A program made the position numbers and the translations under genes. Under the pieces are notes generated by a model. It worked only from the letters and a program-made list of their open reading frames with translations, did no database searches and was not told the origin of the DNA. A stretch of DNA of 46,041 bases. It comes from a virus. This document shows, piece after piece, positions 28,296-38,459 of the stretch (positions are counted from its first letter, which is position 1; every line of letters begins with the position of its first letter). Location: UHGV virus genome UHGV-0110765. The stretch is one strand, 5' to 3'.

Positions 28296-30728
28296 CTAAT
28301 ATCTTCTATCTATTGCTCTAGCTGTCTTCTTTAAGAAGTAGTCTATATCAGACTTATTATTAAATACTAAATCACCGTTGTAGTTAATAGTGTTGTTTCC
28401 TGAAGACACATTATTTATAGGCATTACAGCACTTCTTGCCATTGCCATAGCTTGTGTATCCATTGTAGGAACACTTCTACCATTAACAGTTCTATTTACT
28501 GTAGTGTTGTTATAAGTAGTATTTACTTTAACATCTACTGTCTTACCTTTGATGCTGTTTATTTTCTTTTGGATATCATTAACAGATTTTTCAGCACCTT
28601 TAGTATCAACTTTAACTTCAGTTTCCATTGGTGTACCATTCATGTAGTCAACCATGTTACCATGTGCATCTTTAAGTTCACCTGTTCTCTCATTGTACTT
28701 ACCACCAGCTTCTGTTATACTTTTGATAATCTTATCTTTAACCTTATTAAATCCATCATCAGATGCACTTACTATTTGGCTATAATTATCTTGTGCAGAG
28801 TTGACCATTCTAGCATATTCATCAGCAGTTATATTACCAACTTTTCTCATTTCATTAGCAGTAGCTAACTCTTGATTAAACCTTTCTTTAGCCGACTTAA
28901 CAGTAGATTGTCTAGTTTCTTCTGCCTTTTGCATTATCATGGATGCTGTTTCTGCTGTTACAGCCTTTTGATTACTACTAAATGCATTTAATAATGCTTC
29001 CTGTTCCGAATAACTATCAGATACAGTTCGTATCATATCCTTTTGTTGTAATGATACTAGATGCTTTATTCTTTCAGCTTGTTCTTGTGTAATACCAACG
29101 TTATTCTCTTTAGCTGTAGCAAGTATTTGAGTTATCTCTGCTTCTCTATCATTAGTTACTTTTCGTTTTCTCTCATAGAACTCTTTATGTTTAGCTTCAA
29201 GTTCTGCTTTCTCTTCAGCACTAGCAAGTAGATACTGTTGAGAATAGTTCTGCATTAACTTTAGACCTTCTGATTCCTTTTGGTCTATTAAAGATAACGA
29301 TTGGTCTTTCCAATTAGTAACATCTGCAATTAATTGGTTATATGTTTGTGAGCCAACTCCACCGAATTGCTCCATAACAGCTATGTTAGAAAGTATTCCA
29401 TTACCATATTCCTCTAAAGGTGTAAGTGCATTACTTGTCTTTTCACTAACTAAATCTAATGAAGCACCAAATGCTCCAAGTTCTACAGTAGCTTCTTGAA
29501 CTAATGGACATCCTTGCCCAAACCAATTTACAAAGTTAGTTAAACTTTCTACACCAGCAGTTAATGTAGGTAGCAATGCATTCCCCATAGTAATTTGTAA
29601 GTCTTTTAATGCAGAGTCAAATATCTTAACCTTACCTTGTAAAGTATCTCCCATAATATCTGACATCTCTTTAGATGCACCATTACTAGCAAGTATACCA
29701 TCTGTATAGGCTTCTAACTTATCAGCACCTTGTGCTAGTAATACAGAGAATCCTGATACAGCAGTTTTACCAACTAATGTATTTGCTATAGCTGTCTTTT
29801 GAGCATCTGTCATACCTTCAGTAGCTTTATTTAAGTCTCGTATAATGTCAGCAAAACTTCTAGTTTTACCTTCACTATCGAATACTGCTACTCCTAATTC
29901 CTTAAGTTTAGCTGTAGCCTTTGCGTTTGCACCTGTAAGGTTAAGCATTACTGTTCTTAATGTAGTACCAGCTTGAGACCCTTTGATACCCGCATCTCCA
30001 AGCATCATTGTCATTGCAACAGCTTCTTGCATACTAACTCCTGCTGAAGTAGCAACAGGTGCTATGTATTTTAACGACTCTCCTAATGTATCCATGTTTA
30101 CGTTGGCATGAGTCATAGCATATGCAAGTGAGTCTGCATACATAGTAGCATCGTTAGCCGATAAACCGAATGCTGTTAAGTTATCTGATACGATATCTGC
30201 AACACTAGCAAAATCTTTACCTGATGCAACAGTTAAGTCTAGTATTGCTGGTAGACCTGCTAATATCTCTGAAGTTTCCCAACCAGCCATTCCAAGGAAA
30301 GCCATTGCATCTGCTGATTCTGTAGCTGACATCATAGTGGTAGCACCTAATTCTCTAGCAAAAGCTGTTAATGTATCAAACTCTTTTCCTGTAGCACCTG
30401 TTATAGCTTTTACTTTAGCCATAGATTGTTCAAACTGTGCAGTTGTTTGAATTGTATCTACGATACCTTGTTTAACCATACTACAAGCACTAACAACCAT
30501 GTCTACTGTAGACATACCGAATCCCATTGCTATACCTTTTTTAACATCGTCTCCAAACTTACCAAATAGACCTCCTGCTTTACTAGCATTTTGTCCTGCT
30601 TCATTAATAGTTTTGGTTGTCTTATCGACTGTCTTTTCTATGTCGGTTACAGTTGTCTTTAACGGTGTACCATCGGCACCAAATACAACCTTAACTCTAC
30701 GTTCTTGAGATATTGTCAAACTACTCAC
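28296..30728 (-). CDS. tape measure protein (TP901 family)
   Basis: FEQSMAKVKAI, LGMAGW, GIKGSQAGTTLR. Confidence 0.95.
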   Translation of the reverse strand: MSSLTISQERRVKVVFGADGTPLKTTVTDIEKTVDKTTKTINEAGQNASKAGGLFGKFGDDVKKGIAMGFGMSTVDMVVSACSMVKQGIVDTIQTTAQFEQSMAKVKAITGATGKEFDTLTAFARELGATTMMSATESADAMAFLGMAGWETSEILAGLPAILDLTVASGKDFASVADIVSDNLTAFGLSANDATMYADSLAYAMTHANVNMDTLGESLKYIAPVATSAGVSMQEAVAMTMMLGDAGIKGSQAGTTLRTVMLNLTGANAKATAKLKELGVAVFDSEGKTRSFADIIRDLNKATEGMTDAQKTAIANTLVGKTAVSGFSVLLAQGADKLEAYTDGILASNGASKEMSDIMGDTLQGKVKIFDSALKDLQITMGNALLPTLTAGVESLTNFVNWFGQGCPLVQEATVELGAFGASLDLVSEKTSNALTPLEEYGNGILSNIAVMEQFGGVGSQTYNQLIADVTNWKDQSLSLIDQKESEGLKLMQNYSQQYLLASAEEKAELEAKHKEFYERKRKVTNDREAEITQILATAKENNVGITQEQAERIKHLVSLQQKDMIRTVSDSYSEQEALLNAFSSNQKAVTAETASMIMQKAEETRQSTVKSAKERFNQELATANEMRKVGNITADEYARMVNSAQDNYSQIVSASDDGFNKVKDKIIKSITEAGGKYNERTGELKDAHGNMVDYMNGTPMETEVKVDTKGAEKSVNDIQKKINSIKGKTVDVKVNTTYNNTTVNRTVNGRSVPTMDTQAMAMARSAVMPINNVSSGNNTINYNGDLVFNNKSDIDYFLKKTARAIDRRY

Positions 30729-31329
30729 CTACCTTGTTTAATAAGAAATCTAAATCAGCCTTTTTCTTTTCTAGACCAACCTTCTTAAACTTCTTATTAT
30801 CATTTTCATCAAATGGATTAATTTCCCTGAATTTCTTACTTTTAGTTAGACCTATTGCATTTATGTTAGCTATCTTATTTAAGTTATACATATACTTTAT
30901 ATGTCCTTGGTGTGCATCTAGAATTGCATATATCTCTACAGGTGTATAAGATAAGAACTCTGATTTACTCATATGTAGCACTCCTACACAATAGTCTCTA
31001 AACTCTTTTATATATTCTCTAAAGAACTTAACCTCTACTTTAGCATCTGTATCTACAGTAGTGGCATCATTCTTCTTTTTTCCAACTCCAAGTGCATCTA
31101 ATAAAGCACTATTAACCTTCAAGTCTACAGATAACTTTAAAGGCTCTTCAAGTAATAAATATTCTTTTAATTCTTCTTCATTAAGTTTCATGCCAAACAT
31201 ATTGACAATAGCTTGTATTTCTTCTGTTACTTCTATATCAAATATTAAACTATCTATAGGTACATTTATGTGTTCTTCTAATAAAAGTAGAGTTCTTATA
31301 TCGAACTCCACCTTTTTATTAGTAAGCAT
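30721..31329 (-). CDS. tail assembly chaperone (G and T parts in one frame)
   Basis: Between MTP and TMP; GKK slippery site then EFLSYTPVE T-like motif. Confidence 0.75.
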   Translation of the reverse strand: MLTNKKVEFDIRTLLLLEEHINVPIDSLIFDIEVTEEIQAIVNMFGMKLNEEELKEYLLLEEPLKLSVDLKVNSALLDALGVGKKKNDATTVDTDAKVEVKFFREYIKEFRDYCVGVLHMSKSEFLSYTPVEIYAILDAHQGHIKYMYNLNKIANINAIGLTKSKKFREINPFDENDNKKFKKVGLEKKKADLDFLLNKVGE

Positions 31330-31331
31330 AA

Positions 31332-31757
31332 TTATTTAGATGATGCTCTTCCAGGACTTACCTTACTTAATGCACCTGTACCTTGAAGTGTCATTGAGTA
31401 TGATAAGGCATCATCATATGGTGCTTCAACAGGGAAGTCAGTTATTATTGCTTTACCTTCAAATCCCCAACCAGCATCGTCTCCTATTTTAACGTCTACA
31501 AGTTCACCTGATAAGAATGCCTCTTCTAATAGACCGAATGCTTCATCACCATCTATAAGGATACCATCTCCATCTATAGACCATTCTTTAGCACCTGTTA
31601 TGAATTCCTTCCATGCTCCACCTGTAGCCTTGTTTGATACGTCTAATGTTTCAGACCCTCTATTTAATGTAGCATTTCTTTGTCCACCAACAACTTTGTA
31701 CTCGCTACCTTTCTTCATAGATATAAGAACATTAAGACCTCTTTTTGCTCCTGCCAT
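31332..31757 (-). CDS. major tail tube protein (TP901-1 family)
   Basis: GGQRNATL, KEWSIDGDG, EAPYDD, LQGTGAL. Confidence 0.92.
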   Translation of the reverse strand: MAGAKRGLNVLISMKKGSEYKVVGGQRNATLNRGSETLDVSNKATGGAWKEFITGAKEWSIDGDGILIDGDEAFGLLEEAFLSGELVDVKIGDDAGWGFEGKAIITDFPVEAPYDDALSYSMTLQGTGALSKVSPGRASSK

Positions 31758-31761
31758 ATTA

Positions 31762-32136
31762 TTACCCCCTTATGATTTTAAAAGTATACACAGCAACCGT
31801 ACATTTAGTATCAGGTTTTTGTGCATCCTTAAAAGTTTCCTTTTCTCTTTCTATTTTACATAGTCCTTCTACTTCTATAGAAGAAGCTATAGTATTTATC
31901 GTCTTTAATAAGTCTAGATTACCTTTAGTGTTATAGGCTTCATCCCATACCCAAAAGGTAAATCTAACATACATCTCTTCGTGAGTTTTAAATTCCTCAC
32001 TCCAAGTATTTAGTTCCCATAGTTTTACATATGGTAATGGAGCATCTTCTGCTCTGTTAGTATAGTAATCTATACCTTGTTCATTAAATTGCCTAACAAA
32101 CTCTTTTTGAATATTATCTCTTATAACATCTATCAT
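31762..32136 (-). CDS. tail completion/terminator protein
   Basis: Synteny; PLPYV motif. Confidence 0.7.
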   Translation of the reverse strand: MIDVIRDNIQKEFVRQFNEQGIDYYTNRAEDAPLPYVKLWELNTWSEEFKTHEEMYVRFTFWVWDEAYNTKGNLDLLKTINTIASSIEVEGLCKIEREKETFKDAQKPDTKCTVAVYTFKIIRG

Positions 32137-32513
32137 CGTAATAATCCCTCCAATACATCTATTATCCTACCATTAAGTTTACTCTCTACACTACTGATAC
32201 CTAAAGCTATTGCATCGTGGCTTCCACCTCTAGCTATTTCATACGATGGATAAGGCTCATCTTGCCAAGGCTTTTGTGCTTCATTATATACCTCACCAAA
32301 GATAGCGTATCCACTATCTCTCATTTTAAGTGGAGATGTTTCCCAAGATGCTTTCATTTGTCCTGTATCTACATGAGTGTAAGATGCTATATCTTCCTTT
32401 AAGTCTTGAAGTACCTCATTGGCAAGTTGTCTGTACTCCCTTTTTGCACCCTTTAGATTAGCTAATAGACTTCTTAATTCAGAGTCATCAACAGTAAATT
32501 TAACTCCTGCCAT
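32133..32513 (-). CDS. HK97 gp10-like neck protein
   Basis: THVDTGQMKASW motif. Confidence 0.75.
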   Translation of the reverse strand: MAGVKFTVDDSELRSLLANLKGAKREYRQLANEVLQDLKEDIASYTHVDTGQMKASWETSPLKMRDSGYAIFGEVYNEAQKPWQDEPYPSYEIARGGSHDAIALGISSVESKLNGRIIDVLEGLLR

Positions 32514-32811
32514 TACCTTTAACACCTCTGAATTTATATAGGTAGTGTTTTGATTGTGGGTTTCTTACCATGATATGATATATGTTTCCATCGTATTTGA
32601 AATAATCTGTAGTAATTGCATCTCTACTATATAGAGTTCCTTCTAAATGTGAAAGACCTTGTCTGTTTTGTAAACCATCCTCGTTTTGAGAAAAGAATAT
32701 CCTAACATTTGCATATATTGTCTTTGTAGGTACAAAGGTTATCTTGCTTCCCCCAAAGTCATCTTTAACCTCAACCCTATTAAGAACTATAACTTTATCT
32801 CTACAAACCAT
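32500..32811 (-). CDS. head closure protein
   Basis: Synteny; DDFGG motif. Confidence 0.7.
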   Translation of the reverse strand: MVCRDKVIVLNRVEVKDDFGGSKITFVPTKTIYANVRIFFSQNEDGLQNRQGLSHLEGTLYSRDAITTDYFKYDGNIYHIMVRNPQSKHYLYKFRGVKGNGRS

Positions 32812-33155
32812 TACATCATCCTAAATCTTTTACGATTAGGTGGGGGATTATTAGCTAAAAACCTATCTATATCTTCTTTATATTCGTCTAGTATACTACT
32901 GCTATATATGTATTGGATACCTTCGTTAAGTTCAGAGTGTACACCTTCCGACCCTAATAGGTTATATCTAGAACAAGCAAGTTCTATTATTATCCAATGT
33001 AATTGTTTAGGTAATTGCATATACCCTGTATAATTTAGTAATCTACTATATATAATATTGATAATAGATTTTAGTAATTCATCTCTTGAATCATCCTCTG
33101 ATAAGTTTAATAAGTTCTTTACTTCTTGTAGTATGTATAATGCTGTATCTTGCAT
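32811..33155 (-). CDS. head-tail connector (SPP1 gp15/HK97 gp6-like)
   Basis: VKNLL..DELL, RYNLLGSEG. Confidence 0.85.
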   Translation of the reverse strand: MQDTALYILQEVKNLLNLSEDDSRDELLKSIINIIYSRLLNYTGYMQLPKQLHWIIIELACSRYNLLGSEGVHSELNEGIQYIYSSSILDEYKEDIDRFLANNPPPNRKRFRMM

Positions 33156-33163
33156 AATATCAC

Positions 33164-33283
33164 CTACTTCTCTTTAGTCTTCTTTTTAGTAGTAGCCTTC
33201 TTTGGCTTTTCCTCTTTAGGTGTTACATCTTCTAGTTTAGTTACACCTTGCCTTTCATATCTTCTTAATGCACTTATACCCAT
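33164..33283 (-). CDS. 39-aa Lys-rich post-capsid protein (not in ORF track)
   Basis: MGISALRRYERQG...KKKTKEK, AAGGAGGT RBS. Confidence 0.65.
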   Translation of the reverse strand: MGISALRRYERQGVTKLEDVTPKEEKPKKATTKKKTKEK

Positions 33284-33304
33284 AGTACACCTCCTTATAA
33301 TTAA

Positions 33305-33333
33305 GAAAAAGAGATAGGAAAATCCTACCCCTT
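33305..33333 (-). terminator. terminator after the major capsid gene
   Basis: Minus strand GGGGTAGGA-TTT-TCCTATCTC followed by TTTTT. Confidence 0.75.
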
Positions 33334-33339
33334 ATTCAA

Positions 33340-34152
33340 TTACTCACTTATAGTTACTTTTATAACTTTAGAAGCATCCTTTAAGTATGCAACGTAGTGC
33401 TTGTCTATAGTTATTATAGTAGACTTGTGTATTATATCTCTGTCAGATTCTATCATAGTATCTCTCTTTAACTCTAACCCTAAAGCACCTGCTCTAACTA
33501 TTAAAGCCTTGTCATCTTCTACTGTGTTAGATACAACAACAGAGCATCCCATTATTTCTCCAACTTGTCCTGATATGAACTTTTCACCAGCTAATACTGT
33601 TACCCAAGCAGGGTCTTTTCTTAATTGAGCATATCTCTTTGGAGATACGAATAATACTTGTCCTTCGTGAACATCTTCTTTAAAATGTACTAATGCATCT
33701 GCAAGTTCGTCAGCGTTTAATACGTCACCAGCAGTAGTATGTTGTAAAGTAGTTGTTCCCATTAATACATCGAAACAATCTTTGTTTACTTTGTCTAATA
33801 TAGATTCAGCTAATTGCTTTTCACCTTCACCTACTGCATCCCCTAATCCTGATAATACAGCTTCGTCAGTTAATTCTATACCTTTACCAGCTTTCTTAAC
33901 TTTTACAGAAGTCTTTGTTTGACCCATTTGGCTTATTGGTATTGGAGCACCTTCTTCAACGTCTTCTGCTTTTCCTATGTATCCCCAAACAGGTATTGTT
34001 AAAGTATCTCCTGCTTGACCTTGTAACTCATGTCCTACAACAGCTAATGGAGCGAACTTGAATTCAGCTTCTAATTTTCTTTCAGCGAATGCTCCCATAA
34101 CTTCAGGATTTATTAATTGTGCTAATTTTGTAGCATTTGTATTTATTGCCAT
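33340..34152 (-). CDS. major capsid protein
   Basis: INPEV, LQGQAGDTLTIP, KKAGKGIELTDEAVLSG, IESDRDI. Confidence 0.93.
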   Translation of the reverse strand: MAINTNATKLAQLINPEVMGAFAERKLEAEFKFAPLAVVGHELQGQAGDTLTIPVWGYIGKAEDVEEGAPIPISQMGQTKTSVKVKKAGKGIELTDEAVLSGLGDAVGEGEKQLAESILDKVNKDCFDVLMGTTTLQHTTAGDVLNADELADALVHFKEDVHEGQVLFVSPKRYAQLRKDPAWVTVLAGEKFISGQVGEIMGCSVVVSNTVEDDKALIVRAGALGLELKRDTMIESDRDIIHKSTIITIDKHYVAYLKDASKVIKVTISE

Positions 34153-34183
34153 TTGCAATATCCCCCTTTAAATTTAATAATAT

Positions 34184-34750
34184 TTATACACCCATTAATT
34201 GCTTGAACAATTCAGGGTTTTCCTTTGCTAATTGATTTCTTTCTTTATAAGACATTTTCATAACGTCTTTAACAGTTAATTTAGGTGCTGGATTTTTAAC
34301 ATCTTGTGGTTTAGCACCTGTACCAGCAGTTCTCTTTTTAACTTCCTTTTCAACTAAATCATCTAGTATAGATTTGAAAGTAGATACTCCTGTTCTTATA
34401 GTCTCTTCAGAGTCATATGATATAAAGTCAGCTAATGCAGTATTTAATCCATTAGCATTTAACTCTGCAAGTGCAACAGCTTTCTTTTCTGCTAACTCTT
34501 TTTCCTTTTGTATGTTAGCTATTTGCTGCTCTAACTCTAACATTTTCTTTTGTTCATCAGTCTTAACATATCCTCTTTTTACTAACTCTTCATTTACAAC
34601 CTTCTCGATATTGTTAGACTTCCATGTTTCTATTGCTGTAGAAACCTTCTTATCAAACATAGGATTAAGAACTTTTCTTCCTTCCTCTGTTTCCATAAAC
34701 TTCTTAAAATCTTCTACACCATATACAGGTGCTTGTGTATTGTTATCCAT
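34184..34750 (-). CDS. capsid scaffolding protein (DUF4355-like)
   Basis: Coiled coil, KMSYKER..L...NPELF C-terminus. Confidence 0.85.
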   Translation of the reverse strand: MDNNTQAPVYGVEDFKKFMETEEGRKVLNPMFDKKVSTAIETWKSNNIEKVVNEELVKRGYVKTDEQKKMLELEQQIANIQKEKELAEKKAVALAELNANGLNTALADFISYDSEETIRTGVSTFKSILDDLVEKEVKKRTAGTGAKPQDVKNPAPKLTVKDVMKMSYKERNQLAKENPELFKQLMGV

Positions 34751-34786
34751 AATTTACCTCCTGTAGTATTCTACCTACAAAATAAT

Positions 34787-35446
34787 TTATTGTTCATATG
34801 GTATTAATTGACATCTACATCTTGGATGTCTAGGAAGAGTAGGTGCTTCCTCTATTAAATAAATACCATCGTTATATTCTTCTAATGATTGACATTCAGG
34901 ACAAACTCTGTTATCACCTCTAGTAACATATTGCACATATTTAACCTTATTTACTTTCATACCATCTAATTCCCCTAATAAGTCCATATGCCATAACTCT
35001 GTCCTTATTAGTGTACTATGTCGGTCATTATATTTATCTGCAAGGTCTAATAATGCCACCATCAAGTGAGACTTGTTTACCCCTTTTCTTAATAGCTTCT
35101 CTAGCCCTACTGTAGTTTGTTGATACAGTTGAGCAGAGTTCTTGTGTATCCTCTGTTGGTAGTTCATACCACTCCAAGGATATTTGACTTTATCTTTAGC
35201 TTTCTTTAAAGGTCTTCTAGTTGCTCCTGTAGTATCCATATACTTATCTAGATAGTGCTTTTGCATATCTTTAGATAGGGAACTAGCTTCCTTTTGTGAT
35301 ATACCGTTTAAATCTTTTTGGAATTGTTTAAATGCTAGAGATAGTCCGTTTTTACGAGCCATCCCTAATGTGATTTCATCCTTGTTAGATTTCTTGTATA
35401 TCTTATTTATCAAAGTTATCAGTTTGTTTATCGCCTTGTTGTACAT
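34787..35446 (-). CDS. minor head protein (SPP1 gp7/Mu F-like)
   Basis: LIRTE, DNRVCPEC, PRHPRCRC. Confidence 0.9.
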   Translation of the reverse strand: MYNKAINKLITLINKIYKKSNKDEITLGMARKNGLSLAFKQFQKDLNGISQKEASSLSKDMQKHYLDKYMDTTGATRRPLKKAKDKVKYPWSGMNYQQRIHKNSAQLYQQTTVGLEKLLRKGVNKSHLMVALLDLADKYNDRHSTLIRTELWHMDLLGELDGMKVNKVKYVQYVTRGDNRVCPECQSLEEYNDGIYLIEEAPTLPRHPRCRCQLIPYEQ

Positions 35447-36806
35447 CCTCTGTACCTCCTAAATCAAACATACCGTAACCTGCTTCCATGTTTTCTTCCT
35501 TCTCTTCTCTTAATTTATCTAATGCATATTCTACATCATCTATAAAAGGAAGTAATCCAAGTAACTCTTCATTAGGAACTATACCTTGTAGTTGAACTAC
35601 AGAAGAAACTAAATCTAATAAGTTCTGCGGTATATTTCTAGTGAATGTTGGGTATATTGTAGTTGAGTCGTATTCCTTACCATCTCTGGATAATGCTGTA
35701 CATATAATCTCTAATCTCTTTTGTATAGCTTGAGTAAAGTGTCTCTCCTTTACAGCAGTTTTACTTTCTAGAGAGTTAAGTTTATATGATATAGCTACAC
35801 CTGATAAGTTAGAAGCGAATTTCTCGTCTGATATATTAGGTGTCATAGAGAACTTGTGTATATCCTCAACTAACCTCTTCTTTATGTTTTCTATGTGTAG
35901 GTCGTTTATATTCTTAACTAACCAAGAAGCATCTCCATCACCATCTACTAACATTACTCTGTTATTCTTCATTTCATTAATCTCTGAAGTTTCAGTTGCT
36001 GATAAGTTTTTAAGTAATAGGTATGCATCATTTAAGTAGTTAATGTCGTTTACTGAATCTGCACAAGCAACATTATATGCATCTACTAAAGATATAACAG
36101 GCTCAAAGTCCCCCATACGGTCTTCGTTTGATATGTACTCTATAACAGGTACTCTACCAAAGTAATGCTCTTGTGGCTCACCTACACGCTCTAATCTACC
36201 TTCTAGGTTTCCTATGAAACTGTAGATAAATTTATTAGTATAAACAGTAACCTTATAGATACTTTCAGAAGTCTTTGCATCTATCATATGCTTATAATAT
36301 ATAGCACATTGCTCTACTTCATCTATATCAGGTGAATAACACATTATCATGTTTTCAGGTGATATCTGTTTAAACCTTAACTCTGAAGTTACGTTATCAT
36401 ACCAATATACTTCAAACCCATGTCCAAACTCTGCACAATATTTAGCTAGTTCGCTATCTACTGAATGTACATGGTTAGCATCTAATATAGGCTGTATTTT
36501 ATCCAATAAGTTCGCATCCCCTGTATAACTAATAGGTTTACCCATGAAGTAAGCAACAGAGTTGTCCACTATTAGTTTAGGGAAGTTGTGAACTAATTTA
36601 TTATTTGGTTTATTTGTATCATCAAATGTTCTTTCCAATATAACATGTTTACCTCTGTAGTAGTTATGTAATGTTCTATATGCTTGTGCTATACTAGCAT
36701 GTGCTCTAACTACAGCAAAGATATCATCCATAGACATTGGATTATCTATATAGAATTTTCTCTCTTTGAAAAGAACAGGCTGTACTGCCGATAATGTTGT
36801 AGACAT
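35403..36806 (-). CDS. portal protein, SPP1 family
   Basis: YYRGKH, NNKLVHNF, GDFEPV, NLSGVAI; ATG 36806 with GGAGG RBS. Confidence 0.95.
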   Translation of the reverse strand: MSTTLSAVQPVLFKERKFYIDNPMSMDDIFAVVRAHASIAQAYRTLHNYYRGKHVILERTFDDTNKPNNKLVHNFPKLIVDNSVAYFMGKPISYTGDANLLDKIQPILDANHVHSVDSELAKYCAEFGHGFEVYWYDNVTSELRFKQISPENMIMCYSPDIDEVEQCAIYYKHMIDAKTSESIYKVTVYTNKFIYSFIGNLEGRLERVGEPQEHYFGRVPVIEYISNEDRMGDFEPVISLVDAYNVACADSVNDINYLNDAYLLLKNLSATETSEINEMKNNRVMLVDGDGDASWLVKNINDLHIENIKKRLVEDIHKFSMTPNISDEKFASNLSGVAISYKLNSLESKTAVKERHFTQAIQKRLEIICTALSRDGKEYDSTTIYPTFTRNIPQNLLDLVSSVVQLQGIVPNEELLGLLPFIDDVEYALDKLREEKEENMEAGYGMFDLGGTEDVQQGDKQTDNFDK

Positions 36807-36819
36807 TATATATTCCTCC

Positions 36820-38064
36820 TTATAATCCAAATGCTGACTTGGATATTGATTTAAGTTTCCATCCTCTAGATAACTCTTCTACTGCATATCTTAATGCATC
36901 TAGAATGTGATTGTAATTATCTACAGGTTTATTTATGTATTCGTTGGTATTCTTATCTTTATCCCAACAGTAGTTTTCTAATTCTTGTAAGGTATTTACA
37001 CATGAAGGATGTACAATAATTTGATATTGGTTAAGATACTGTATACCATTAAGTACAGAGTCTTTACCTTTTCTTGCTGGTTTAATCCTTCTAATACCTG
37101 ATTTCCTAATCTCTTCTATTGACTTTTGTTCAGCACTATCTGCTGTTATAATCTCTTTACCATAACCTTTCCTAGTTATTACTCTAGCTATTTCATCATT
37201 CAGTAGACCTTTTTCATAATGTTCATCAAATATGTATAACTTCCTATTTACTTCATCCACTAGACAAGCTACAAATGCAGTAGGGTCGTTTATGTACCCA
37301 AAGTCTAGACCAAATAAAGCAGTAGTGTTTCCTTTTGCATGAACTTCCTTCCAATTAAAGTCTTCTTTTCTCCAATTGTTATAAACAAGTTTAGATAATG
37401 TAGCGAATTCCCCTAATGCATATATCTTATAGTATATAGGGTTTGTCCTTTTCATTTGTTCTAGTGAATCTATGTAAGATTTTGGTAGGAATTTGTTATC
37501 ATACCATGTAGTATGAACTATGACTGTATCTTCAGGTGTGCCATTCTCAAACCAATGTTTATAACACCAATTAGTTTTACTAACAGGGTTGAAGCATAAT
37601 GTTATCTGTTGATTTTCAGCCTTACTTCTTAAACGTAGGTTAAGTTGTGTAAAGTCATCTAATGTAATCTCTGTTGCTTCCTCTATCATAATATCATCTA
37701 TACCTGAAATAGATTTCAGTTTTTCAGGGTCGTCTATTCCTTTAAATATAATCTTTGATTCATTAGGTAGATATATAGTTAAGGAACTTCCCATAACCTT
37801 ACAGTAGTCTATAAGACCAAACTTTGTTAAGTGAGTTATGAATTCTTGATAGATAGAATCTCTTAATGAAGCAGAGACCTTTCTTATTACTAGAAGAGTC
37901 CTTTTAGGGTACTTTAATAACTTAAGAATTAGCTTTTGACAAACAAAAACTGATTTACCTGACCCTGCACCGCCATAGAATACTGTAAATCTTTCAGTAT
38001 TATTTAGGTAAGGTAGATAGACCTCATTAAAGTAACTCTTCTTAATATTTAATTTTATATTCAT
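36820..38064 (-). CDS. terL: terminase large subunit (PBSX family)
   Basis: GGAGSGKS, IEEATE, FNP, GLDFGY.NDP, NHILDALRY. Confidence 0.96.
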   Translation of the reverse strand: MNIKLNIKKSYFNEVYLPYLNNTERFTVFYGGAGSGKSVFVCQKLILKLLKYPKRTLLVIRKVSASLRDSIYQEFITHLTKFGLIDYCKVMGSSLTIYLPNESKIIFKGIDDPEKLKSISGIDDIMIEEATEITLDDFTQLNLRLRSKAENQQITLCFNPVSKTNWCYKHWFENGTPEDTVIVHTTWYDNKFLPKSYIDSLEQMKRTNPIYYKIYALGEFATLSKLVYNNWRKEDFNWKEVHAKGNTTALFGLDFGYINDPTAFVACLVDEVNRKLYIFDEHYEKGLLNDEIARVITRKGYGKEIITADSAEQKSIEEIRKSGIRRIKPARKGKDSVLNGIQYLNQYQIIVHPSCVNTLQELENYCWDKDKNTNEYINKPVDNYNHILDALRYAVEELSRGWKLKSISKSAFGL

Positions 38065-38275
38065 AAAGTTACCTCCTTAAGCTATTACAATACAAGTAGT
38101 ATATTTTCGTAAATCAGGAACAGCTAAATATACAAACTGTTAATAGCATCTCCATACAACACTACCCTGATAAAGCAATGTATATCATAGATGCATCCCT
38201 AAAAAGGGAAACGGACTATATCGTTAGCCCCTAAACGGTATTTTGATTAATGGCTCAAAACTACAAAGCACTTAT

Positions 38276-38349
38276 TGGCAGAGGTTGATTGAATCGAACA
38301 ACCATCAATGGTTTTGGAGACCATCGTTTTACCATTAAACTAAACCCCC
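38276..38349 (-). tRNA. tRNA-Trp(CCA)
   Basis: Cloverleaf: GGGGGTT/AACCTCT acceptor, CT-CCA-AA loop, TTCGATT T-loop, encoded CCA end. Confidence 0.93.
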
Positions 38350-38353
38350 GTAT

Positions 38354-38441
38354 TGGAGGAAGGGAAGGGATTCGAACCCTCGGATGTTTTACCACCAACA
38401 GTTTAGCAAACTATCACCTTAAACCACTCGGACACCCTTCC
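38354..38441 (-). tRNA. tRNA-Ser(GCT)
   Basis: GGAAGGG acceptor, TT-GCT-AA loop, long variable arm, GGTTCGAATCC, CCA end. Confidence 0.93.
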
Positions 38442-38459
38442 ATGTAGAAGAGGAAGTGA

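Noticed and set aside
38211..38222. GATATAGTCC on the minus strand resembling the group I intron S element
   Set aside because: Not inside an interrupted gene; no matching R element seen; it forms a local hairpin instead
38276..38349. Suppressor tRNA or stop-codon recoding
   Set aside because: Anticodon is standard CCA and genes are intact under code 11
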